Virus record (IMG/VR): IMGVR_UViG_3300030329_003021
Location: 1-47,485 of that record
Length of the DNA stretch: 47,485 nucleotides
Direction: 5' to 3' (one strand)
Source: a virus
Taxonomy: Duplodnaviria; Caudoviricetes
Within the stretch, counting starts at the first letter, position 1. Each line of letters begins with the position of its first letter. Made by a program: the position numbers and the translations under genes. The notes beneath the pieces are model-generated. The model searched no databases. It worked only from the letters and a program-made list of their open reading frames with translations, and was not told where the DNA came from. Shown one piece after another: positions 7,226-16,046 of the stretch.

Positions 7226-9771
7226 CATTTAATAGTCTCCTCTGGAGGTGTTGGTGTTTCTGGAGTCATAGGAGGTGTTGGTTCTTTTGGTTGACTCATC
7301 GCTTGTTGTAATATCGTTCGAGCTATCGCATCATCTGCTTGATTTTCTGCTTTTTGCTCGTCTACTAAAGCTTTTACTACTTGACTAGACTGTTTTTCTT
7401 CCAACTTAGCATCCTCTGTAGCCGCTTTAGCCAAGGTTTGCATTTGGGCTTGTCTTTCTTGCGAAGCAATTCGTTCTTGTTCAACAGCAATCTGAGCTTG
7501 TTTAAGTGCCACATCAGCCTGATCTTTTTGTGCTTTACGTTGAGCATCTTGTGCCTTAAGCGCTAACTCTTGTTGTTGCATCTGTATAATTGGATCTTGT
7601 GCTTTTTGCTGTGCTTTTTGCTGTGCTATCTGCGCCATATTGTTTTGTGACAACTGTGTAGAAGCCTGTGCAATTAAACGAGAAACTTCAAGCTCCATAT
7701 CTTCTGGTAACTCTGCATTAGGTTTAGGTAACGGAGCACCAACTCGTTTTTCAATATCTAATCTATACTTAAATCCTAAATGTTCTGCTACATGTGATTG
7801 TAAAGCTGTTGCAATTAATTTAGCTTTTGGGTTCTGAGCAAGAAGTTGTCCTACAATTGGATCGTTTAAAAAATTCATATGCGCTAATATATGTGCATCA
7901 TGATCTTGATAAATAAATGCTTTCATTGGTTTTACCTTTAAAGCGTCCATATTCTCACTTAATGGGTCTTTAGGTTTAGCATCATCTTCCAAAGGTACAA
8001 GTTTAGCTGCATCTTTTATCCCTAAAACATCTAACATCTGTCTATGCAACTGAGGCATGTTATATATCTGAGGAGCAGCTTGTGCCATCTGCATAACTGC
8101 TTGATATTGCACAACTTTCTGAGCCATTGTAGAAGAGTTAGGGTCAGATACAGGTAACACCTCCACCATGTCATAGTCTGATCTTTTAACAAACGGAGAA
8201 CCATTCTCAGGGTCATAGTTATATTTGTCCGGTGTATAGTCCCTAATAATATCTTTTAATAACTTAAATTCTTGCCGCATAGAGTAATGCACTCTAGCCT
8301 GCACGGCAGACATAACTTTTAATGATCTTTCTAAAATAGCTAAAGTTGTCCCCACAGGACTTTGTGCTGACATGTCTGATATTTTTAAATCTGCTGCACT
8401 TGCAAACCTTCTGCCTTCGTCTACAATAGTTCCTAATAACGTATATAAAACCTGACTAGGTTCCTTATAAGGTAACGTCATAATATTGTCTTTTATAGAA
8501 CCACTTGGCACATCTACATCCCTAAACTCTGCCGGACCAATCGGTGTGTCATCACCTTTTACTCGTAGTCCTTTAGTTTTAAATCCTCCCGGCAAATTAG
8601 ATAATGTTCCTGCGTCTACAAGTTGTCTTATTAAAGAAGTGCCTGATTTAGCAAACGCTCCTACTAAATGAATCAAACCAAAGTTATAAAAACCAAAACC
8701 CGGTACATAACCATAATGTACAAAATGATTACGTTTTTCTTTTAAATCATCATCTGGTTGATAATTTCTTCTAACAGCTAAAACAGTGCCTGTGCTTTTT
8801 TCCAATGTTACGATATAGGGTAGAGCAATCCCTGTTTCTTTCCCATTCTTATCTTTATCTTCATAGCCAGCAAGGTCTAAATTCACGTGCATTTCAAGAA
8901 TCTTATACCGATCATCATAAGAAGCAGAAAAACCCATCTTCTCTGCGATTTTTTTCTCTACATCATCTAAATATCCAGACTCACTATCTCCTAAATCAAC
9001 GTCTCGATAAAACCCAGAGACCTGTAATTTTTTTAAATCATTCTCAGTCTTACGCATAACATGTGTTACACGCTCTGCTGTTTCTAAATCAGATGCACCG
9101 TAAGGAACAACCATATCTTCAGCAGGTACAAATATAGATACCTGTCTTTCTAAGTTAGGGTCGTAGTACACTTTTTTAAACGCATTGCCAGATAACCCAA
9201 GTCCCCATAACATTCTTTCATGCTCTGGTCGAAACTCAACCATCTTCTCAGTTAACTGATAGTTCATATCAGCCTTTACACGATTGGCTGCTTCTTTCTT
9301 TTCTCTTGTATCTTCTCCAATAATCTGTGTTTTAACCGGGCCTCTGGCTGGGAAAGTCTCCATAATTGTTTCAGACTGAAACTTCACAAGTGCTTCTGTT
9401 AAAAGAGGGTGGTGTACACCACAAGCTCCGGGCCAAGGCTCAGTTCTTTCTTCTAACTTTAAACCCAGTAAGTCAAGGCCATCTACATAAGTCTGCATCC
9501 AATCTTTGCGACTAGCGATATCATCATTGAAATCACTTAATAAATCATCAGCGATTAAAGATAACTCTTCATCGCTCATTTCTTCAGCTAAGTTTGCATT
9601 AAACTCATCAGAACCTTCTGCGTCTGGATCAATTACTATCTCCATATCACCGATCCCAACTGTAACCTTTTCAGGGTCTTCAATCTCTATCTCAATATCA
9701 GGCTCTCCTAACATATTTGTCATGTCAGTAGGCTCCATTGGTTTTTCTATACTATTTTTTGCAATTGCCAT
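7225..9771 (-). CDS. Portal protein with long Q/A-rich C-terminal helix
   Basis: 848 aa, follows terminase; GNAFKKVYYD and GFYNFGLIHL motifs. Confidence 0.9.
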   Translation of the reverse strand: MAIAKNSIEKPMEPTDMTNMLGEPDIEIEIEDPEKVTVGIGDMEIVIDPDAEGSDEFNANLAEEMSDEELSLIADDLLSDFNDDIASRKDWMQTYVDGLDLLGLKLEERTEPWPGACGVHHPLLTEALVKFQSETIMETFPARGPVKTQIIGEDTREKKEAANRVKADMNYQLTEKMVEFRPEHERMLWGLGLSGNAFKKVYYDPNLERQVSIFVPAEDMVVPYGASDLETAERVTHVMRKTENDLKKLQVSGFYRDVDLGDSESGYLDDVEKKIAEKMGFSASYDDRYKILEMHVNLDLAGYEDKDKNGKETGIALPYIVTLEKSTGTVLAVRRNYQPDDDLKEKRNHFVHYGYVPGFGFYNFGLIHLVGAFAKSGTSLIRQLVDAGTLSNLPGGFKTKGLRVKGDDTPIGPAEFRDVDVPSGSIKDNIMTLPYKEPSQVLYTLLGTIVDEGRRFASAADLKISDMSAQSPVGTTLAILERSLKVMSAVQARVHYSMRQEFKLLKDIIRDYTPDKYNYDPENGSPFVKRSDYDMVEVLPVSDPNSSTMAQKVVQYQAVMQMAQAAPQIYNMPQLHRQMLDVLGIKDAAKLVPLEDDAKPKDPLSENMDALKVKPMKAFIYQDHDAHILAHMNFLNDPIVGQLLAQNPKAKLIATALQSHVAEHLGFKYRLDIEKRVGAPLPKPNAELPEDMELEVSRLIAQASTQLSQNNMAQIAQQKAQQKAQDPIIQMQQQELALKAQDAQRKAQKDQADVALKQAQIAVEQERIASQERQAQMQTLAKAATEDAKLEEKQSSQVVKALVDEQKAENQADDAIARTILQQAMSQPKEPTPPMTPETPTPPEETIK

Positions 9772-9780
9772 GCTTTATCC

Positions 9781-11307
9781 TTAATAATATGGTTCCCTAC
9801 GCCCTCTATAAAATGGTCTTTCGTCTTCTTCATCAAGAAGTGTTCTAATGAAGCCACCTTTTCTAAATCTCATTAACGCCAGAGAAGTTGAATCCACGTA
9901 ATCATCATGCTCACCTGCAGGGAAACTCGCAACCTCATCTACAACTTCTTCTGCCCAGTTCGTATTAGGTATCCAAACTCTACCAGAGGCAAATATATCA
10001 GAAACTGCGTTTAATCTTGATATCTTGTCATTCCCCTTACTTGGTGTAAACTCCTGTACAGGAACACCCATTGCTCTCATCTCGTAAATTAACGGGGCAC
10101 CCGATGCTTTTTTCTCTATAATGATAGAATCAGGGTCCCAATCATTATATTCCTCTAAAGCAACCTTTTTTAACTCAGGAAACTCCATTCTCCTACGAAA
10201 AGCGTTTAATAAAATAATCCGTGCTTGTTTTAATCCCGTTTCATCCTCACTATAAAACACCCCCCATGTCGTACAAGCGGAATAATCTGCCCGATTATTC
10301 TTTTCAAACGCTGTATCCCATGATTGTAATATAAATTCACAATATGGGGGTTCTTCTTTTTCCCAAATCTGCCACCATTCACGTTTTACTATGGCTGCAG
10401 ACTCAGATGTGGGGTTTTGTTGGTACTGAGCCATCCATTTTGAGTGTGGAAGCTCCTCTTTAAGCGCATCTAACTCAATTAAAGGCCAAAATTCAGGCCA
10501 TAACGGATTCCCACTAGGTAAAATTGCAGGAAACTCAATAACTTCCCAGTCTTCACCACCTCTTTGAGTGGCTGCTCGCATTACCTGCCCTGTCAAATCC
10601 CTTTTTGACCACCTTGTCATCACAATAATGATCGCTCCACCCGGTTGTAAACGCTGTCTTGGTCCAGATGTGTACCATTCATACGTTTTATCATAGATTT
10701 CAGGGTTTACTTCTGCTTGGGAGGCTTCTTGCTCCGAATGAGGGTCGTCAATAATGAGGATATCCGCACCTTTACCCGTAACAGCACCTCCAACACCGAT
10801 AGCAAAGTAGTCCCCTCCTTGGTTGGTAGCCCAACGCCCAGCCGCTTTTGAGTCAGCTTGGAGTCCAACGTTTGAAAATATGTTTTTATACGTTTCAGAA
10901 TCAACAAGATTTCGTACCTTTCTACCAAACCCCACCGCAAGTTCTGCAGTGTGGGATGTTTGAATTACTTTTTTATTCGGATACTTACCTAAAAACCACG
11001 CTGGTAACAAATAAGATGCAAATTCACTTTTTGTATGTCGTGGCGGCATGTTTACAATTAATCTTTTACATTGTCCATGAGCTACCTTTTCAAAGGCAGA
11101 TGCCATTCGATGATGATGAGCACCATTTATAAAAGAAGGCCACACCTGTTGCACAAAACTCATAAAAGACTGTTTAGCTTTATCAGCTTGTTCCCTACTC
11201 GCAAGTTCTTCTAGTCCATCGACTATCTCTGCCTTAACTTCAGGCGGTAACTTACTCAGTAGGTGTGGCTTCTTTTTTATCAGATCTAGCGGTGTCGGCT
11301 GCATCAC
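9781..11307 (-). CDS. terL: Terminase large subunit
   Basis: Walker A-like MPPRHTKSE, Walker B LIIDDP, VMTRW coupling motif, nuclease motifs SWDTA, IEKKASG, HDDYVD. Confidence 0.95.
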   Translation of the reverse strand: MMQPTPLDLIKKKPHLLSKLPPEVKAEIVDGLEELASREQADKAKQSFMSFVQQVWPSFINGAHHHRMASAFEKVAHGQCKRLIVNMPPRHTKSEFASYLLPAWFLGKYPNKKVIQTSHTAELAVGFGRKVRNLVDSETYKNIFSNVGLQADSKAAGRWATNQGGDYFAIGVGGAVTGKGADILIIDDPHSEQEASQAEVNPEIYDKTYEWYTSGPRQRLQPGGAIIIVMTRWSKRDLTGQVMRAATQRGGEDWEVIEFPAILPSGNPLWPEFWPLIELDALKEELPHSKWMAQYQQNPTSESAAIVKREWWQIWEKEEPPYCEFILQSWDTAFEKNNRADYSACTTWGVFYSEDETGLKQARIILLNAFRRRMEFPELKKVALEEYNDWDPDSIIIEKKASGAPLIYEMRAMGVPVQEFTPSKGNDKISRLNAVSDIFASGRVWIPNTNWAEEVVDEVASFPAGEHDDYVDSTSLALMRFRKGGFIRTLLDEEDERPFYRGRREPYY

Positions 11308-11851
11308 TTTGGTCTTCTAATTTTTCTGGTTCTCCATCTATAACTTCTACTGTTTCAACATCACCTATATATTTACTCAATATACCGTTAAGCCTTGTCT
11401 CTATCTCTTCAGTAGGTTTTTGCCTTATTGTGACATCATATTGTTCTGAAAACAAATTTACACCCCTTCGTTTTCCTAGCAACTCTAATGCTTTTAGTCT
11501 TTTACCTGCATCCTCATTCTCTGTCTCTTCCAAAAGTCTGTTGGTCACATAATTTGCCAACCTAGTATTAGCATTTAAAAACTCATGGTCATATTCATTT
11601 AACAAAGCTTCTAACTTCATCACAACGGCTGGTGGAGTCTTTGCAACCTTTATAGGTTTCTCTCGTACAAATAAGTCATGCGCTATAGTTGAAGTTCCTT
11701 CGTCCATCTCTGGAATAGGAGCGCCGGCATCTATTAAACTTTTTACAGTGTTAAAGGCGGCTTTTGCTCGCTCCCTAAATTCTTTAACTTCTTCAGGGGT
11801 TACATCAAATGGAAGGGGTATGCCAACTTCGGGCGTAATAGTTAGAGGCAT
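11252..11851 (-). CDS. Probable terminase small subunit
   Basis: Directly upstream of TerL; helical, RLKALELLGK motif. Confidence 0.6.
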   Translation of the reverse strand: MPLTITPEVGIPLPFDVTPEEVKEFRERAKAAFNTVKSLIDAGAPIPEMDEGTSTIAHDLFVREKPIKVAKTPPAVVMKLEALLNEYDHEFLNANTRLANYVTNRLLEETENEDAGKRLKALELLGKRRGVNLFSEQYDVTIRQKPTEEIETRLNGILSKYIGDVETVEVIDGEPEKLEDQSDAADTARSDKKEATPTE

Positions 11852-12047
11852 TGAGGAAACGGGACTCCTTTTTTCGTTAGGGGGTGTATATCAGATTTTG
11901 AACCTAACATAAAGTTCCAAAAAAAGCAATGGGGGGTGGGGTAATTTGAAAAATTTAAAATCTAACGAGCAAAACACACAGTACAGACAGCCGGGTCCCA
12001 TCTGACACACACAGGGGGGTGGGGGGTCAAATAAACTATCATATAAA

Positions 12048-12070
12048 GCGTATATACCTAGTATATACGC
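12048..12070 (+). repeat. 23-bp palindrome, copy 1
   Basis: GCGTATATAC-CTA-GTATATACGC, perfect 10-bp arms. Confidence 0.95.
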
Positions 12071-12089
12071 TAAATAGTCCCGTTATCTA

Positions 12090-12118
12090 TTGAACCTATG
12101 CTAGCTATATGAGACTAT
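12090..12118 (+). promoter_or_regulatory. Possible sigma70 promoter for the 12189 gene
   Basis: TTGAAC-17 nt-GACTAT with TGn before the -10; weak match. Confidence 0.35.
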
Positions 12119-12188
12119 TAAGACATGGAAGACGTTCCATAACTTATATTAATGGCGTTAACGTGACGCTACTTATTTGGAGTCTATT

Positions 12189-13055
12189 ATGACGCTAAAG
12201 AAAAATGGTAAGTCTACCAAAAAAGACAATAGCCCATCATTATCTAATGATGAATTGACAATCGCTTTATCCAAGATTGGGATTGGTGTAAGCACTGGTA
12301 CTGCCACTAAAAAAGTTGCAGTCGCTCAACAATCCGTAGTAAATCAGAATGAGGATATTGTTAAAGAGAGAGCGATTCAGGTTACAGAAGGGAAAAATAA
12401 TCTCATTAAAGAGGGTATTACCTTTCGCAAACCTAATAGCCGATCAACGGGTTTATTTACGTTTAAGGCAGTATCTGATCCTACTGTATCTTTAGGTAAG
12501 TTATCACCAGAAGATAAAAAAAGGGTAGATTCTTTTATTAGCAAGAATCAGGACTCTACTTGGGCTAAATGTCCTGCAGTGGGTTTAACGTTGAGTATGA
12601 TTGATATAGAAAAATCATGCCCTAATGCCTATAGGATGTTAGCGTCGATGCTCCAACCTGTAACTGTTAATGTTTGGGAAATTAACAGCAAAACCGGTAA
12701 ATCTGAATTAGTGGAGCATCAAGAAACGATGGCTTTTTCTTATGCTAAACAAGTTGTTAGTAGAATCGCTTTTATGGTGAATACGAAGGATAAAGCAAAG
12801 TTTTCCTTCAAAATTCCGGAGAAATCTAGTGCTAAAGCTAAATCTGGCGCTAAAGAGATCTTTACCATGGTTAAAGTATCTGAAGAGGATATTATTAACG
12901 CTGGTAAGAAGGGTATCGGGCAACTACTGGACGATATAGGCTTAGAAATTCTTGAGAAAATGCTTAAGAAAAAAGGGCTAAAGAAGGAATGTAGGGCAGT
13001 TAGTGAGCACGGAATAAAAATACTCACTAAGGTTTTACCTGCTCCATCAATTTAA
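12189..13055 (+). CDS. Hypothetical basic protein, first plus-strand gene
   Basis: Long ORF; GGAG before ATG 12189; no motif recognised. Confidence 0.8.
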   Translation: MTLKKNGKSTKKDNSPSLSNDELTIALSKIGIGVSTGTATKKVAVAQQSVVNQNEDIVKERAIQVTEGKNNLIKEGITFRKPNSRSTGLFTFKAVSDPTVSLGKLSPEDKKRVDSFISKNQDSTWAKCPAVGLTLSMIDIEKSCPNAYRMLASMLQPVTVNVWEINSKTGKSELVEHQETMAFSYAKQVVSRIAFMVNTKDKAKFSFKIPEKSSAKAKSGAKEIFTMVKVSEEDIINAGKKGIGQLLDDIGLEILEKMLKKKGLKKECRAVSEHGIKILTKVLPAPSI

Positions 13056-13066
13056 TTGCCTTTCTC

Positions 13067-13103
13067 GGTGCGTATATACCTAGTATATACGCACCATTTT
13101 TTT
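13067..13103 (+). repeat. Palindrome copy 2, stem extended to 13 bp and followed by a T-tract (terminator-like)
   Basis: GGTGCGTATATAC-CTA-GTATATACGCACC-ATTTTTTT. Confidence 0.85.
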
Positions 13104-13122
13104 AACAAACTAGGGAGTAGAT

Positions 13123-13467
13123 ATGTATTTTAAAGGACAACTTTTTGGCAACATGGAATCTAAAATCGACAGTTATGTAAAAAATTGGTCGTTTGAAAAC
13201 CTTGCTAGTAGATATATTAGACTATGCAATGAAGAAGGTTACGAAGGAAGAAACGTGAAAGCAATTTCAAAACGGAGTCTCGCAATTTCTTTAGTTGATA
13301 TAGAACGCATACGTTACGAGCGATTAGAAGAAGAAGAAGAACAAAGGGTAATTGAAACTTACAGAAAAATTAAAAGAAAAATAAATTCTTTTAAAAGTAA
13401 TTTTGGGATTCTTATTTTTCCGATAACTTTAATTATCGCTTTTTTTCTAAGTCTATTAACGCTTTAA
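13123..13467 (+). CDS. Hypothetical protein with C-terminal membrane anchor
   Basis: GGGAG RBS; ends FGILIFPITLIIAFFLSLLTL. Confidence 0.75.
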   Translation: MYFKGQLFGNMESKIDSYVKNWSFENLASRYIRLCNEEGYEGRNVKAISKRSLAISLVDIERIRYERLEEEEEQRVIETYRKIKRKINSFKSNFGILIFPITLIIAFFLSLLTL

Positions 13468-13470
13468 TTT

Positions 13471-13547
13471 AGACCGGCATAGCCGGTCTTTTTTTTGCCC
13501 AGAGAAATCTGGGCTTTTTTTTGCCCAGAGAAATCTGGGCTTTTTTT
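13471..13547 (+). terminator. Three tandem intrinsic terminators
   Basis: AGACCGGC-ATA-GCCGGTCT plus T-run, then two copies of GCCCAGA-GAAA-TCTGGGC each with T7-8. Confidence 0.9.
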
Positions 13548-13656
13548 GAGAACTGGTGTCAAAAGGGAGGGCGAGGCTTCGCTCGTGTGATGCTTCGCAT
13601 TTTACCACACTCGCTCAGAACTGGTTTCAGGAGGTCGGCAGGTCGGCAACGAGTAG

Positions 13657-13679
13657 GCGTATATACTAGGTATATACGG
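13657..13679 (-). repeat. Palindrome copy 3, reverse orientation
   Basis: GCGTATATAC-TAG-GTATATACGG. Confidence 0.9.
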
Positions 13680-13715
13680 AATTGTTTGTATAGCATATAT
13701 TAAATTTAAAAAGGA

Positions 13716-13755
13716 GGACGGGTGGACGGGTGGACGGGTGGACGGGTGGACGGGT
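13716..13755 (+). repeat. Tandem octamer (GGACGGGT) x5
   Basis: Five exact copies. Confidence 0.95.
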
Positions 13756-13767
13756 CGGCAACAAAAA

Positions 13768-13790
13768 GCGTATATACTAGGTATATACGA
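13768..13790 (-). repeat. Palindrome copy 4, reverse orientation
   Basis: GCGTATATAC-TAG-GTATATACGA. Confidence 0.9.
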
Positions 13791-13811
13791 TATCATATAT
13801 ACATTACACAC

Positions 13812-14171
13812 TTGTTCCAGCCGTTCCACAATGTTCCAGAAGGTGGAACGCTCTAAGTACTTGATCTGGTTGACAATTTTACGTTGCGTTCCAGAAGGTG
13901 GAACGGACTTTTTCGCACCTAAGTTTTTGATTTTAAAGGGGTTTCTTTCTATTATTATTATTATTATTGTAAAAGTTATAAAATATATACAAAGGGTCTG
14001 GGAAATTATAATTTATAGAGAGGTGGGAGGTGATCTTCTTTTGAACCTCTGGGCAGGTTTGTATTATTGTGGAACGCTGGAACAAGATGTCATTACCACG
14101 TTTAAGCCCTTGATCTAATTAGATTTTCATACGTTCCCCAAGGTGGAACAAATGTGGAACGCTTGGAACAA
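13812..14171. repeat. GTTCC/GGAAC iteron-like repeats around an AT-rich core (candidate replication origin)
   Basis: GTTCCAGAAGGTGGAACG at 13833 and 13888; TTGTTCCAGCCGTTCCACAAT (13812) inverted against ATTGTGGAACGCTGGAACAA (14066); AT-rich 13942-13993. Confidence 0.65.
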
Positions 14172-14285
14172 ATATGGACAAAACACCATTCATATCATAT
14201 AAAATAACACCCCAAAACAAAAACCACAAAAAAAATCATCAAAACATATCATATATAAATTATACGTTTCTCGGTCTTAGCTCAC

Positions 14286-14314
14286 TTGACATTATCATGT
14301 ATATATGATATAAT
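14286..14314 (+). promoter_or_regulatory. Perfect consensus sigma70 promoter
   Basis: TTGACA-17 nt-TATAAT with extended -10 TG; G-free A-tract region upstream (14178-14265). Confidence 0.9.
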
Positions 14315-14344
14315 ACGAAGTATTATTTGGTAAAGTAGTTTTTA

Positions 14345-14367
14345 GCGTATATACCTAGTATATACGC
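14345..14367 (+). repeat. Palindrome copy 5
   Basis: Exact GCGTATATACCTAGTATATACGC. Confidence 0.95.
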
Positions 14368-14399
14368 TGTTCGTTCTTTAAAAATTTGGAAACGCCTTG

Positions 14400-14422
14400 G
14401 CGTATATACCTAGTATATACGC
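14400..14422 (+). repeat. Palindrome copy 6
   Basis: Exact copy, 55 bp after copy 5. Confidence 0.95.
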
Positions 14423-14806
14423 TAGGTACGGAGTAGGGGCAACGTTCCTGTATTCATACAGGCACGGTTCTGATGCTTAATCACACATGTGGATTCTGGT
14501 AGATACCCACTCACTCTTTGTAATCTTTCTTAATAACTTAGGTTCTTTAGTCTCTGGAGCGTTTGTTTGCTGGTTTGGTTCTGGGTGTAGGATTTTGCAG
14601 TGCTGTATCGGAACTCCTCCCTTTGTTTGTAGTGCGTTGTGAGTACCTCCGTATGTCTTTATGTTGTAGCACGATTTGTTTTGGTGAGTGTGTCGTGTTG
14701 GCACTACAGCATCTTGACGTCTTTTGTTCCTAACCTCAAAACCATGAACTGCGAGAAAATAGCAGAGGAACTAGCCATTTTGAAAACAGGGTGGCGATAA
14801 GCATTT

Positions 14807-14829
14807 GTGTGTATACCTAGTATATACGT
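14807..14829 (+). repeat. Palindrome copy 7 (variant), capping a longer hairpin at 14785-14855
   Basis: GTGTGTATAC-CTA-GTATATACGT. Confidence 0.85.
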
Positions 14830-14893
14830 TATCAAGTGTTTATCGACACCCTGTTGGTGTCAATTTGTTTATTTTAACTTTAAGGAGAGTCAT

Positions 14894-15118
14894 ATGTGTT
14901 TACGAGATTTATTGTCAAACGAACAGGTTGCTGAATTAAAAGCACTTGCGAAACAAACCATTCCTAAACGTCCTGTTGTAGTAACTAGAAAACGTGGTAC
15001 GACAACGCATGATGGCAACGTGCCGTTTATCAAGTCCAGACGTGTGGTGTTAATACCAGATGTAAATTTTCCACATGAGATGAACAAGATTGGTGTTGTC
15101 AGAATATCTCATGCGTAG
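14894..15118 (+). CDS. Small hypothetical protein
   Basis: AAGGAGAGT RBS before ATG 14894; the track start at 14807 lies inside the palindrome. Confidence 0.7.
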   Translation: MCLRDLLSNEQVAELKALAKQTIPKRPVVVTRKRGTTTHDGNVPFIKSRRVVLIPDVNFPHEMNKIGVVRISHA

Positions 15119-15284
15119 GTGTGGGTGTGGTAGACATATCACAAAACGTAGGTGGAACGCAGGGCATCATTATTGCCCTGCATGTTTTGTACCTCCTACC
15201 CGTACGGTTGCGTGTGCTTACAACAAGGGAGCGCCACAACTTATCACAAATGTTAATGATTTAAAAACTGTTCATAAAAAATAA
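15111..15284 (+). CDS. Small zinc-finger-like protein
   Basis: CGCG...YCPAC...AYNKGAPQ. Confidence 0.65.
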   Translation: MRRCGCGRHITKRRWNAGHHYCPACFVPPTRTVACAYNKGAPQLITNVNDLKTVHKK

Positions 15285-15294
15285 GGAGAGCGTA

Positions 15295-15423
15295 ATGGAG
15301 AATGATTACTTTGATTTTAATTTTGATTTTGGTATCACATGCCAACAATCATGGGGGCAACTTAGCATCATGGAACAAGCTGGGTTGTATGATAGTTACT
15401 TTCAAACCATTGGGGAGAAATAA
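15295..15423 (+). CDS. Small hypothetical protein, 42 aa (not in track)
   Basis: AAGGAGAG RBS; MENDYFDFNFDFG...; stop abuts the next ATG. Confidence 0.6.
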   Translation: MENDYFDFNFDFGITCQQSWGQLSIMEQAGLYDSYFQTIGEK

Positions 15424-15876
15424 ATGAAGTTAAAGCCGAACGAGTACAAGCAAAATTACATTCGTTACATTCTCGGATGTGTTGAAGTTGATAGAGATAA
15501 AAAACCTATCACAAACGAAACCGATAAAGTCAATTACATTGTAAGTAGGTTTTATGATGAATATGGTTTTATGATTGAGAGAGTCGGTAAGCAAAAGGCA
15601 ATCGCTGAATGGTTGTCTGGACTTAATTTAAATCTTCCTTATTATGATGACGACATGGTAAATCTTGCTGTTGAAATGGGTAGTATCGACCCGAACCCTA
15701 GTAAAAAATTACGAGAAAGAGTAATAGATAAATACTGGGATTTCATGGCTAACATTATTATGTTGATGGAAAAGAAATGGAAAGTAGAGAAGGTTTATTA
15801 TTTTGATGAGGTGTATTTCCCTACTGAAGAGGAGAGAGCTATGTATAAACAGAAATATAGAGGAGAACGACAATGA
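15424..15876 (+). CDS. Hypothetical protein, 150 aa
   Basis: GGGGAG RBS; contiguous in operon. Confidence 0.8.
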   Translation: MKLKPNEYKQNYIRYILGCVEVDRDKKPITNETDKVNYIVSRFYDEYGFMIERVGKQKAIAEWLSGLNLNLPYYDDDMVNLAVEMGSIDPNPSKKLRERVIDKYWDFMANIIMLMEKKWKVEKVYYFDEVYFPTEEERAMYKQKYRGERQ

Positions 15877-16046
15877 GTAACTCTTACAAGCGTAAGAAAA
15901 AGACGCTCAATAAAATACGATCTCTCATACGTCAAGGACTTGGGGTTATCTTCCATGATGGACAAGTTGTACCATATTGCAAGAAATGGGGAGAACGCAC
16001 GACAAAGGAGAGCGATAAGCAACTACGGAAATGGGGGTTCAAATGA
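15873..16046 (+). CDS. Small basic hypothetical protein, 57 aa (not in track)
   Basis: AGGAG RBS; ATGA overlaps at both ends. Confidence 0.7.
   Translation: MSNSYKRKKKTLNKIRSLIRQGLGVIFHDGQVVPYCKKWGERTTKESDKQLRKWGFK

Noticed and set aside
12048-12070. N4-type virion RNA polymerase hairpin promoters
   Set aside because: Loop and stem differ from N4 promoters, no RNAP motifs are seen in the large virion protein, and canonical sigma70 promoters are present.
14345-14422. Resemblance of GCGTATA/TATACGC to the N15 protelomerase target
   Set aside because: Arm order is reversed, there is a 3-nt spacer, copies are multiple, and no protelomerase gene is recognisable.
13521-14704. ORF-track entries 13521-13703, 13602-13829, 13738-14118, 14477-14704
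   Set aside because: They translate terminators, tandem repeats and ATT runs and lack credible coding features.
12048-14829. Palindromes as a CRISPR array
   Set aside because: Spacing is irregular (55 bp to kilobases), orientation is mixed and no cas operon is present; only copies 5 and 6 have a spacer-sized gap (32 bp).
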